Source: a virus
Length of the DNA stretch: 64,000 bases
Direction: 5' to 3' (one strand)
IMG/VR virus record: IMGVR_UViG_3300012922_000007
Coordinates: 1-64,000 of that record
The notes beneath the pieces are model-generated. The model was given only the letters and a program-made list of their open reading frames with translations, had not been told where the DNA came from and did not search any database. A program made the position numbers and the translations under genes. Of this stretch, positions 9,766 to 19,059 are shown piece after piece; the stretch's first letter is position 1; each line of letters starts with the position of its first letter.

Positions 9766-9909
9766 CTACAGTTTCTTAATTTCGTTGTTTACTGCGTCTT
9801 TTACTACCTTTTGGCTATACTCAACCCACAAGGCTTTAACTTTTCTTGCGAGCCCTGGAGCGAATACTCCGACCGCAAACCCGGCAACTAGACCTACAAT
9901 AAAACTCAT
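9766..9909 (-). CDS. Small membrane protein
   Basis: Not in the ORF track. AAGGAGG RBS, MSFIVGLVAGFAVGVFAPGLARKVK..., 47 aa with one predicted TM segment. Confidence 0.55.
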   Translation of the reverse strand: MSFIVGLVAGFAVGVFAPGLARKVKALWVEYSQKVVKDAVNNEIKKL

Positions 9910-9974
9910 AGGACCTCCTTATAATACGAGGCAAGGGCAGATATCTTTCGAAGTCTGCCCCGATAAAGAATTAT

Positions 9975-10568
9975 TTAAACCTGATCAAACTGAAGAACAA
10001 GGTTAGCCACAGAACCCGTATCAGCGGTTCCCGTCAAAGCTGTCACATAAAACTGTACAAGACTTTGAGAAGAAGTAATAGCTGTACCGGAATTGCCAAT
10101 AACATCTGTCGCTGCAAAAACAGCGGAAGTTCCTGAAATACTCTTTAGACCACCCGCTTCCGGATAGAAAGCAATACGACCCGCTGTTGCAGAAGTTGAG
10201 TTCCACAAGAACAGCCCAGAGATAGTAAAAGCCAATGTACCCGCAGCTCCTGTAGCCATGGTGCTGGTATTCAAGACTTTAATATCATTGGTAAAGGTAG
10301 TTAAATTTGTATTTGGAGTAGTGGCATTATTGAGGTATACCGCAAAAGTAATATTTTCCGATGCAGTAGCAGTAACGTTTCCGGAAAGGCGAACCACAAA
10401 AGGTCGTCCATCCCATCGCCCATTCTGTGCCAAATCAACATCTAGACCAAGCATAGAGTTAGCACGAGTTGTATCGGCGGAACGTCCGGGAAAGAGCGCA
10501 ATGGTTTCAGTTGCGGGGATAGGAGCCACCGTCAACTGAATAGACTGAGAACTATTAACGTTAGACAT
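9975..10568 (-). CDS. Putative virion structural protein (paralog of 12862..13536)
   Basis: Thr/Ala/Ser-rich. Shares PFxVRxxG, FLWNSTS/LFWDSTS and QFxxx motifs with the 224-aa ORF. Confidence 0.6.
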   Translation of the reverse strand: MSNVNSSQSIQLTVAPIPATETIALFPGRSADTTRANSMLGLDVDLAQNGRWDGRPFVVRLSGNVTATASENITFAVYLNNATTPNTNLTTFTNDIKVLNTSTMATGAAGTLAFTISGLFLWNSTSATAGRIAFYPEAGGLKSISGTSAVFAATDVIGNSGTAITSSQSLVQFYVTALTGTADTGSVANLVLQFDQV

Positions 10569-10650
10569 TTATTTTTATCCTTGTAAAACTTAATTCGTTA
10601 TTACATCTCCGAACAGGGAGCTTACCGCTCTCTACCTATCGGTAAATCTT

Positions 10651-11334
10651 TTAAAGTGTTTGTCCCTTGCCAGCTGTGAGGGCGACCTCAATCTGATCCG
10701 GGGTAAAATTCAATCCAAAACCTACAGTCGTTTTGTCATGTCCATAAGTTACGAGGGCAACGATCTTGCCATCCTCGCCGAATATAGCAGCTCCACTGTC
10801 TCCGGGAACATCATGCATCGAGAATTGCTGGATGTGCGCAGCTTGATCGACCTCGCTCTGAGAATCGAAATCAGGAATCTGGTTTCCGGACAACAAACGA
10901 GGAGGGTATGCTCCCGCTCCGCAACCGTACATATAAACCGCTTCGCCGGGAACAACTTCGCGGCTACTTTTGGATAGGTCTATATAATTAGTAAACTCCG
11001 GACCATCGACAGCCACCATGATGTGTTCTTGGTAGTCCTCGGTTGCCGCTAGTACGTGATACTTAAAAGTAGATAGATCTAAGGTAACAATCTTATCAAA
11101 CTCTTCAAAACAATGTTTTGCGCCTAGTAGCACATGTGGACCAATCGAAGTTACGGTGCACATGCCGTCGGGATGTTCGTTGCCCTCGGAATCAACCGCG
11201 ATCAGGTGCAACATGTGGGTTGCTTTTTGCTGGATAGAAATAGGGGCCGAGGGAAAACGAATCTTAACTTTTTTGGAACAAGAGACAAAAGAAAGAAGAA
11301 CGATAAGACAAACACTAGTAATTTTTGAGAACAT
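10651..11334 (-). CDS. Trypsin-like serine protease, predicted lipoprotein
   Basis: Catalytic GAKHC and GDSGA motifs; lipobox-like LLSFVSC after the likely start at 11334. Confidence 0.8.
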   Translation of the reverse strand: MFSKITSVCLIVLLSFVSCSKKVKIRFPSAPISIQQKATHMLHLIAVDSEGNEHPDGMCTVTSIGPHVLLGAKHCFEEFDKIVTLDLSTFKYHVLAATEDYQEHIMVAVDGPEFTNYIDLSKSSREVVPGEAVYMYGCGAGAYPPRLLSGNQIPDFDSQSEVDQAAHIQQFSMHDVPGDSGAAIFGEDGKIVALVTYGHDKTTVGFGLNFTPDQIEVALTAGKGQTL

Positions 11335-11395
11335 CGGGGCCCTAAACAGAGCATGTATTATTGTGGTTTCCCGAAGGAAGCCTCTGTTCCACAAT

Positions 11396-11716
11396 CTAGG
11401 GGAAGTAATTTCCACCGGGACCTAATTTTTTATTTCTTCTAAATTTCTCGGCGTCTGACTCTTTCGCTTCTTTGTTAATTTTTGTAAAATATTCTGATTT
11501 ATCCAATACGACGTATTCAGCCCAACAAACAGAACACACAACAGGATAGTCTCTATTTATAAAATGGGGTGATGGGGCACCTTCAGACGGATAACCGTTT
11601 TTATCGAGGTTATATACAAAGAACCCACAGCAGGAGCATTTCCAACTATCCCAAGGGTGAGCTGAACTTGGCTGTCTTTCTGGAACATCAGAGAGGATAT
11701 TCTCTTCGTCACTCAT
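11396..11716 (-). CDS. Zn-finger hypothetical protein
   Basis: CSCC...CSVC. Likely start ATG at 11716 after GGGGGTG. Confidence 0.6.
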   Translation of the reverse strand: MSDEENILSDVPERQPSSAHPWDSWKCSCCGFFVYNLDKNGYPSEGAPSPHFINRDYPVVCSVCWAEYVVLDKSEYFTKINKEAKESDAEKFRRNKKLGPGGNYFP

Positions 11717-11839
11717 TACACCCCCGAAGAAGAACCCCGCTGATCTTTCAATAATGTTCTGAAGCAGTCGGCGCACCACGGCAATCGTTGAACCCAATCG
11801 AACACGATGCGATTCGTAACCGTTCCGCAGTCCGAGCAT

Positions 11840-12313
11840 TTATGCTTCGCTAGAAACTGGCGATAATATTTGCTTTCCACGGTTTCTCCTGGACTTTTTA
11901 TCCGGTTTCGAGATAACTAGCTCGACGGGCGAACCATCGGTCAAGTAGAACCCGTAGCCAGTAAGCCATCGGTTTCCAGATCTGGACAGAGAGACTATAC
12001 CAAAAACTTGTTCAACAGGGGGTTCCGACGCTCCCTCTAAATCAGTCGGTGAAGGAACACAGGACCAGTTAGGGTGCGTATGAATCGTGCCAAGAAGAGT
12101 TTGACCATTGACCACATCTCCATACGAATAAGGAGATTCTATATCGAGGTCATCCTCATCATTCTCACAACCATAAGCTCGATCAATAACGGTAATTACA
12201 AAGTCTTCGTTATCCTTGCTTCCCCAGATGAATTCTCCATACTCCAGAGGGTAGAACAACTTGGCTCTGTTTTTAAATCCTAGAAGGACACCATCATCAA
12301 TCAGTACCTTCAT
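11840..12313 (-). CDS. JAB/MPN (Mov34-like) metalloprotease domain protein
   Basis: N-terminal Glu (LEYGEFIWG) plus LGTIHTHPNWSCVPSPTD, matching the JAMM HxH-x7-S-x2-D pattern. Confidence 0.85.
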   Translation of the reverse strand: MKVLIDDGVLLGFKNRAKLFYPLEYGEFIWGSKDNEDFVITVIDRAYGCENDEDDLDIESPYSYGDVVNGQTLLGTIHTHPNWSCVPSPTDLEGASEPPVEQVFGIVSLSRSGNRWLTGYGFYLTDGSPVELVISKPDKKSRRNRGKQILSPVSSEA

Positions 12314-12551
12314 TTTTGTCCCCGAGAAGTTTTTTGAAATCCAACGTCTTTTTCGGTTTCTGGTTTTTTAAATTCTTTGCGTTGCCCTTGCTTCCGGGGC
12401 GGACATTACGATGTTTATTGTACCAGTCCATGGCTTCTAGTTTCTGGGCTATAGTCGCGTCTTCGTCGGACATTATTTTTTTAGCGAGGTCAGCTAACAG
12501 TTTACATCTTGATAGCTGTTGATCCTCGGTTACCGACCTAGATTTCGCCAC
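12297..12551 (-). CDS. Hypothetical basic protein
   Basis: 84-aa ORF overlapping its neighbours in the operon. Confidence 0.55.
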   Translation of the reverse strand: MAKSRSVTEDQQLSRCKLLADLAKKIMSDEDATIAQKLEAMDWYNKHRNVRPGSKGNAKNLKNQKPKKTLDFKKLLGDKNEGTD

Positions 12552-12694
12552 TCGATACTCTTAATCTCTTGAATAGAGTTGAGCCGCTCCCAGAGCAAGA
12601 TCTCGTCCGAGGTCGCAGATTGCGTACTCAAAAGAGACCCTTTATCGGAACGGTATTCTTTAAGTCCGGATTCAGGATCAATAGAGAATGTCAT
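12530..12694 (-). CDS. Hypothetical protein
   Basis: Likely start ATG at 12694 (MTFSIDPESG...) after AAGGT. Confidence 0.45.
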   Translation of the reverse strand: MTFSIDPESGLKEYRSDKGSLLSTQSATSDEILLWERLNSIQEIKSIEWRNLGR

Positions 12695-12824
12695 ACAAAC
12701 CTTGGCCACCTTTTTTACATCCCGGTTGTTTAGGACGGCATAAAGGCATTGGATCAGTTCCGTCAGCAACGACTGCAGAAGCGAATACCAAAATAAAAAG
12801 AATAGTAATAAATGTTTTCTTCAT
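12678..12824 (-). CDS. Small secreted peptide precursor (48 aa)
   Basis: Not in the ORF track. MKKTFITILFILVFASAVVA-DGTDPMPLCRPKQPGCKKGGQGLYDILY is a classic signal peptide followed by a 28-aa two-Cys peptide. RBS is weak. Confidence 0.55.
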   Translation of the reverse strand: MKKTFITILFILVFASAVVADGTDPMPLCRPKQPGCKKGGQGLYDILY

Positions 12825-12861
12825 AGATGTAAAGGACTAACCGAAGCTAGCCCGAGAACAA

Positions 12862-13536
12862 TTAGCCCTGACTAATAGAGAATTCTGAAACGGTTGTAGT
12901 GCCTCCATTGGCGGCACCCCACGTCACAGAAAAGCAGAACTGAAGACTAGCGTTGGTTGTGACGCTGGCACCGTTGTTGGTAAGTGTTACCCAGCCAGAT
13001 TCAACTGGAGTCGTGCCGTTAGCATTAAGATCGTACCGACCCCTAACCGCTTGTGAAGTGCTATCCCAAAATAGAACCGCTTCTGCTAAAAATCCATACG
13101 TAGCTCCAGCTGCGTTAGTGTTAGCAACAGCTGCGGGAGAAACAAGAGCTGTGCCCGCTTTCGAGGTTCCGAGATAAATTTTAGGTGCCCAGGACACTGA
13201 ACTAGATCCAGTAAGTGGGGTGTAAGTCCCACAAACTCGAACTAAAAACGGGCGGCTTGAATCGAAAGCCGTATTAGGAAATGCGGGAATCGGAGTTCCT
13301 GGATAAGAATATCTATTAAAACCACCATCTAGCGCAGCAGAATTAGTGGAAATATCTAGAGGAGTTGTCGATCCCTGAATTAGAGACTGAGTGGGAATAG
13401 ATAGAACCGCAATCGTGGTGGCATTAGTATCTGTGCCAATTTTAACTTCCGTCTCAGTAGCTGTTGCCAAAGTCTGAGGAAGGATCTGACCTGTTTTTGT
13501 ACCACCAAAATAACCTACAACAACTGTTGAATTCAT
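12862..13536 (-). CDS. Putative virion structural protein (paralog of 9975..10568)
   Basis: Thr/Ser/Gly/Ala-rich with shared motifs; followed by the terminator-like hairpin GGGCTAGC-TTCG-GTTAGTCC-TTT. Confidence 0.65.
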   Translation of the reverse strand: MNSTVVVGYFGGTKTGQILPQTLATATETEVKIGTDTNATTIAVLSIPTQSLIQGSTTPLDISTNSAALDGGFNRYSYPGTPIPAFPNTAFDSSRPFLVRVCGTYTPLTGSSSVSWAPKIYLGTSKAGTALVSPAAVANTNAAGATYGFLAEAVLFWDSTSQAVRGRYDLNANGTTPVESGWVTLTNNGASVTTNASLQFCFSVTWGAANGGTTTVSEFSISQG

Positions 13537-13592
13537 TTTATTACCTTAGTTTGAAATCTGTCTTAAAAATCCATTGCCTCAACAGGCGAGAA

Positions 13593-13967
13593 CTAGATAC
13601 CTAAAAGCTTTTGCCATGCAGTCTTAGAAGCGTTTAAACTCGCCCCATTAGTCTCAAAGGCTTTCCTCCACTGCCGAACGGCCAGGAGGTGCTTCGCGCC
13701 GTCTACTGCGAGGACAACGCACGAAGCAGTCACAATTTGATAGTTGCTATGAAACGCAAAACCGGCTGCGGCAAACAATCCAGCGAAGAAGTAATTATAA
13801 AGGGATAGGTCGAAATACGAAGGCTTTTTAGTCTTGAAGATCGACGTAATTCGTTCGTTGGCTTCTTCGTAACCCTTAGCAAAACCTTCCTCGCTTATCG
13901 AGGCATCATAATGACCGGCAACGACATCAAATACGGTGGCGAGGGCAACGGCTAGGACAGAGATCAT
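13593..13967 (-). CDS. Membrane protein
   Basis: Two to three hydrophobic segments; AAGGA RBS. Confidence 0.6.
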   Translation of the reverse strand: MISVLAVALATVFDVVAGHYDASISEEGFAKGYEEANERITSIFKTKKPSYFDLSLYNYFFAGLFAAAGFAFHSNYQIVTASCVVLAVDGAKHLLAVRQWRKAFETNGASLNASKTAWQKLLGI

Positions 13968-13969
13968 TA

Positions 13970-14311
13970 TTAATCCTTACTGGCCCACGGAGGGCTAGAT
14001 TCACTAACGTCTTGGGAATCGACCTCGTACTGAGGAACTCGGGCCAGGATCTCTGCAGATAGTTTAAGGGCAGACAACTTATAGTCGGCGTAGGTTCGGG
14101 TTAGGGGGTTGGCACTGGATAGCCAGACTCGTATTCCATCGAGGTCGTTTTCCCGGTACAGGGAATCAATTTGACCTCGTGTCTCGTCAGACAACTTCCA
14201 GCCATACTCGTTCAGACTGTCGGGACGTTGGAGGTACTCGTGAGGACAAGCTGGAGACTGAGTCTCTAGACGGTAGTGCTGAGTACAGCTTGAACAGTAA
14301 AGGCTCGCCAA
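13970..14311 (-). CDS. Hypothetical protein with an N-terminal Zn-binding motif
   Basis: CSSC...CPH; first gene downstream of the ECF-type promoter at 14479-14515. Confidence 0.55.
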   Translation of the reverse strand: MASLYCSSCTQHYRLETQSPACPHEYLQRPDSLNEYGWKLSDETRGQIDSLYRENDLDGIRVWLSSANPLTRTYADYKLSALKLSAEILARVPQYEVDSQDVSESSPPWASKD

Positions 14312-14478
14312 CGGTTCGCCTCGGATTAGAAATTTGGGCCTGAATCGAAATACTCGACGGCGACGTAAAGTGTGTTCGCACAGGCCCGGTTCCCATTACT
14401 TATAGGGTTGGCTCTCGGCAGGAAGAGCAGGCCGCCACGGGAAAGGCGGGAAGGAAACAAACGAAGGGATTTAGCCTT

Positions 14479-14515
14479 CTATTTAATTAGACGAGGCAAA
14501 CGGGTGAAAAGGCGC
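14479..14515 (-). promoter_or_regulatory. Phage ECF-sigma-type promoter (site 1)
   Basis: GCGCC-TTTTCACCCGTTTGCCT(17)-CGTCTAATTAAATAG; one of five copies with the same spacing. Confidence 0.75.
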
Positions 14516-14528
14516 ATCATTTCAAAAT

Positions 14529-15349
14529 TTATTTTGTCCAGGGATCTCCAGTATCATACTGACAGCTTTCATACTTCCTGTGTAGACCCTCACAACGAGT
14601 ACAGGTATATAAAGCATCTCCCTCAGGGGACCATCCCACAGCCGTGCCAGCTCCCGGTCCTTGGGGCTCCGATGGAAAATTTCCGTAAACTGTTCTAGTC
14701 ATTAGTCTTATCTTCAATTCTGTTAGTAAGGTCGAGGGCTTGAGCAACTTGGTCTGTCCCAAATTCTAGGAACTCATGATCTGTAAAATCCTCGCCTTCG
14801 ATAGATTCATGGACTTTGGCATAAACCACAACAGCCGAACCAGTTTGTTTCAGCTTCAGAAGTTCTGAGAAGGTTTCCTTACTAACTCCCAATGTTTCAA
14901 GGACATAGCTAATACCAGCTTCATATCCATCGGAATATGTTTCCATTCCTGTCATAACAATCCTTTTAGTTTCAACAGATTAGCTTCCTTGGCGAAGTAC
15001 GTATAGACACCGATAAGGCCGAGGCTAATAATTCCACATAGAATTTGACCTCGCTGGAAGCAGTAGATGGCCCCAATGAACCATGTTCCGAAGACTGCTG
15101 ATACTGCGATAGTGCCGATTACCTTCTCTGTCTTAGACTTCTTCATTCGTCCTCCAAAGGTTCGGGTATAGATTTAAAGCCGACTGCATCTACTGCACTG
15201 TCCTTGCATTCTCGTTTCGAGGCCATTCCCTCGGGAGTAGACTCTATGAGAAAGACCTCGTGTATCGGAAGACCTTCGGCTAGGGATATAGCCTCTAGTA
15301 CAGAGGAGGCACGAACGTATTTTACGAGGCGGTAGTCTTGTGGTTCCAC
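14529..15349 (-). CDS. Cluster of four small coupled hypothetical ORFs (15143-15349, 14952-15146, 14695-14955, ~14529-14702)
   Basis: Start/stop overlaps and RBSs; downstream of promoter site 2. Confidence 0.55.
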
Positions 15350-15391
15350 GGGTCCTCTTTTGGGACCCCTATCAATGGGACCCTTTTACTT

Positions 15392-15428
15392 CTATTTAGT
15401 TAGACGAAAAAAGTCACCGATAAGGCGC
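15392..15428 (-). promoter_or_regulatory. Phage ECF-sigma-type promoter (site 2)
   Basis: GCGCC-TTATCGGTGACTTTTTT(17)-CGTCTAACTAAATAG. Confidence 0.75.
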
Positions 15429-15429
15429 A

Positions 15430-16277
15430 CTGTAAGATAAAATATCAACTAACTAGGTCACTACGGTAAGTAACTGATGGTCAAGGGGGCTTCCCCACTC
15501 CCACCCCCTGAGGCAATCAAGGGTCCCCTATCCTAACTCCTACTGTCTCACACACATACACTCACACGAATATAAATAACACACTCGAACACACGGGATA
15601 CCGCGATCACACACGCACGCATACATAACGCGCCCGCGAAACGAGTGTTGAAAACAAAGGCATTGCCGTAGGTTGATTGGAGTAATCAACCTCATCGAAA
15701 GTGACAGTAAAAACTAGTCTCGAAAATCAAAACCGCACCCACGTAACTCGTTTGCTTTCAATAGTTTGCCGCTAAGTGTATGATAACACGCGCACACGCA
15801 TGCAATCGAAGTGCCAACAAAATTTCCATTTCCCCTTGACACGTTCGCTCTTCCCCTACATTCGCATCATGAGTTCGAGGTCAAACGCGAGGTCATCGTC
15901 CAGATCTGGACAACAGCACGTAGAGATGAAAAATCGTGTAAAATTTTCCCGTTTGTTTTCATGCATTTGCGTCGAAAACGCTCGCATGTCGTTGAAAACA
16001 TAGGTGTGTAAAAAATACTCGAAAGCGGTAAAAATTACACGATATGAAAAATGGAAGTCGTTTGTTTTCATGCACTTGCGTTTGGAACGGCACCTGCACT
16101 AGCACTTGCGACCGACGGTTACACAGGCAGTCCCGAACCCGAGAGCTTCTCGGTCGATGAGAGCATAAGTACTCGGCAGTAGCGATAGCATACCGTATAC
16201 ACCCGCTGTCAAACGGTCCTGTTAACCCGAGGTCAAACGTTAGCTGGCGAGCTATAAACGCACGCGGAGAAAACACA
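15430..16277. other. Non-coding divergence region (possible genome end/terminal repeat or control region)
   Basis: Gene orientation switches here. Contains a CA-rich low-complexity tract (15545-15630) and five copies of a TGTTTTCA/TGAAAACA-core motif; no convincing ORFs. Confidence 0.55.
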
Positions 16278-16556
16278 ATGCCAACCGAACAAGAAATTCT
16301 CAAAGCACGTATCGCTGAACTGGAGAAAGCTCTGGCAGCTAAGAACGCACCCAAGGCTATCTCGTTCAAGGTCAGCGAGAAGGGCGCGGTTAGCGCCTAT
16401 GGTATCAACGCTCGCTTCCCAGTAACTTTATATGCGGACCAATGGGTTCGGCTAAGTGCGGCGATGCCTGCTCTTGGCGAGTTCATCAAGGCGAATGCAT
16501 CTAGCCTGTCAGTGAAACCGGCCAACCACGTCACGACTGTTCCGCCCACGAAGTAA
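16278..16556 (+). CDS. Conserved small protein (KVSEKGAVS.YG...RFPVTLY..QW type)
   Basis: GGAGA RBS, N-terminal coiled coil plus a recognisable conserved motif; first rightward gene. Confidence 0.75.
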   Translation: MPTEQEILKARIAELEKALAAKNAPKAISFKVSEKGAVSAYGINARFPVTLYADQWVRLSAAMPALGEFIKANASSLSVKPANHVTTVPPTK

Positions 16557-16631
16557 CACGGGTTTATTGCAAGCCGAATGATGACTGGCAACAGGAACTT
16601 TCGGCTTGACAATGCATCCGGAATGTGGACA

Positions 16632-17141
16632 ATGCGAGAAATTAAACTAACCCGAGGCTATGTCGCATTGGTCAGCGACGAAGACTATGACCGAATATCA
16701 GTGCACAAGTGGTGTGCTAGCGAGTCGTGGTCAAGAGGCAAGATGCATAACGTATACGCTATCAGAAGTGCGGACGGATATACGCTGCGGATGCACAGGT
16801 TTATCCTTGGCGTCGATGAACACAAGGTCGAGGTCGATCACATTGACGGCAATGGACTTAACAATCAGCGCCACAACTTGCGAACGGGCAGTAGATCAGA
16901 TAATGCTACGAATATGCCTAAGCGCAAGGATGCTAAGTGGTCTGAATTCAAGGGAGTGGTATTACACGTCCAAAGTGGATTGTGGCGATGTGAACTATCC
17001 CTTGGCGGAGTTCGGATATATTTGGGCTACTATCGTACCGAAATTGAGGCAGCTATGGCCTACGATATAGCGTCGCTGTTATTTCGAGGTGAGTTTGCGA
17101 GGTTAAACTTTGCCTCTGGCCCACCACTGCCAGTAATCTAA
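16632..17141 (+). CDS. HNH-AP2 homing endonuclease
   Basis: EIKLTRG.VALV.DED, MHRFIL, VDHIDGNGLNNQRHNLR, and AP2-like YLGYY..E.EAA.AYD. Confidence 0.9.
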   Translation: MREIKLTRGYVALVSDEDYDRISVHKWCASESWSRGKMHNVYAIRSADGYTLRMHRFILGVDEHKVEVDHIDGNGLNNQRHNLRTGSRSDNATNMPKRKDAKWSEFKGVVLHVQSGLWRCELSLGGVRIYLGYYRTEIEAAMAYDIASLLFRGEFARLNFASGPPLPVI

Positions 17142-17153
17142 TTCGAGGGCTAT

Positions 17154-18523
17154 ATGACACACTGTATCGAATGCGAGGGCAATTCCGAAGTAGGGCACGA
17201 GGCTACTTGCTACTATGCCCAAAACGAGGTCAATGTCCCTTGTGGGAAATGCGGACAGCATATGGCCGATGGGAGCGTCGTGGTTATGTCTTGGCAGAAC
17301 ACGGCTATTGAGCATGTTAACTGTCCAGAACCGGACGGGGAATACGAGGTCAGAACACGGACTGCTAATGTCCAGATTCCGGATACATGTGTGCCCGAGG
17401 TCATTCGCTAGGTCACTATCACGCATATAATGCCATGTGTGCGTGAGTAGTAATCTAATGCGAGGTCAAGTCTATGATCGAAGTCAAGACAACAACAACG
17501 AATTTACATGTTTTCCTGTCGCTAACTGGACACGCCTTCGACCAAACGACGCCAGATTCTGATAGGTCACATGGATTTTACTGGTCTATGCGTTGGCTTG
17601 CGCGTCAGGTTATTGGCCAAACTTGGATGGACTGGCTTATTACGTAATTTCAATGCGAGGTTAAACCATGAAAGCACTAGCCAAACTCCGAGCCATTGCC
17701 CGGCAAAAGCATGATTGCGGGGAAATGACTTACACTGAACTTCAACTAATCCTGCTCGAACTTGAGAAGCGCAAGCGAGCATTACGAGGCAAGCCTTAGG
17801 CGAGGTCAAAAATGAAAGACACGATTGTGTACATACTTGTAGCGGGTTTGTTGCTCCCTGTGTATACCATTGCTGCACTTGGTTTATGGGCTCTGGTTAT
17901 ACATGTATACACGGAACTATTTGTTCCGAGGTCAAAACCATGAAACTAAACACTTTGCTCGGATTGTTAGCGGCAGTTTGCCTTGGATTAACCCTGTCCA
18001 ACGTCGCCTGCCTAATCGCGTATACCGATCTGGACAAGGAATATTCACAGGAAATGGGCTTGCGGGATCAATCTGATTCAATGCTTAGAGCTTGTCAGGC
18101 GGGGAATTAACTCAATACGAGGTCAAAATATGATTGTGTACATCGTCGTTATCGTGTTCATGGTGCTGCTTTTCTCGTTCATGGGAATTGTAGTATACTT
18201 TGAACATGTGGAAGCAATGACATTGCTGAAAAACGCAGACGAAAACGAAGATAGTCTCTAGTTACGAGGAGTATGTCCGGATTATGGACCTTGGCATACT
18301 CTTGGCAACTAGCCAATTCGAGGTCAATATGCGTAAGAGTGTAATTCTTGTACTGGTCCTGTTCGCGGTCGGCGCGATGGCTGCTGAACGCGTGAAAAGT
18401 CTGTATCACGTCTCGCACGTGTCTGAATCCCTAGTCGGGATTAGCTGCCCAATCAATCATGCCGACGTAACAGTGATTGGCAACTATAATGGCGTGTTGC
18501 TTATTAGCTGTGGTACTCGGTAA
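17154..18523 (+). CDS. Array of early micro-ORFs (incl. 17154-17411, 17940-18110, 18329-18523 with a signal peptide)
   Basis: Short ORFs, most preceded by CGAGGT(C/T)AA-N1-5-ATG immediately after or overlapping the previous stop. Confidence 0.55.
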
Positions 18524-18860
18524 TCCCGTTTCCCTTGGTAGGACGCGAGGTCAATCTCGCGTAAGCTATTTAGTTTAACGTACTTAGTATAATTCAGCGA
18601 GTTGTGAAACGCTGTTGCTGAGGGACTAAGTAGCTTACGGAAGGTTGTCCAGTTCTGGACAGCTAACCTCGCCCTTGGCTTGGCGCCATCGGCTGATTCT
18701 GGCTGCTCAAGTGATTTCGAGGGCCGTTTAAATGCGATATGGCGAATCGAGGTCACGGAATGGGTTCGAGGCCGGAAACGAGGTCAAACGCCTCGCCTTG
18801 GCCTCGGAAACTAGGCTAGCGAACGTTTTACAGCACGGTCGGACGTGCGGAAAGCGGGTT
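18522..18860 (+). ncRNA. Candidate ~335-nt structured ncRNA
   Basis: Ends pair (CCCGTTTCC/GGAAAGCGGG). Contains a 17-bp stem CGTAAGCTATTTAGTTT/GGACTAAGTAGCTTACG with G-U pairs and several further hairpins. No sense ORF. Confidence 0.5.
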
Positions 18861-18862
18861 TT

Positions 18863-19051
18863 ATGACGGACGAAGAATTGGAAAACAGTTATTACGGCCC
18901 TGTATGTAACATTGCAGGGTGTGTCGAGTGTTATGTTATGGTAATCGAGTGTAACTTCTGCGGAGAGATTAGCACAGTCCAGAATCCGGATAATGCGCCT
19001 CGTATTAACTGTCCGAACTGCGGTATTTCTAATTCTGTACCTCGGGACTGA
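18863..19051 (+). CDS. Small Zn-ribbon protein
   Basis: CNFC...CPNC; lies between the two structured non-coding segments. Confidence 0.5.
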   Translation: MTDEELENSYYGPVCNIAGCVECYVMVIECNFCGEISTVQNPDNAPRINCPNCGISNSVPRD

Positions 19052-19059
19052 TATAACGA

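Noticed and set aside
15836-15862. Sigma70 promoter TTGACA...TACATT
   Set aside because: The spacer is only 15 nt; not supportable without TSS data.
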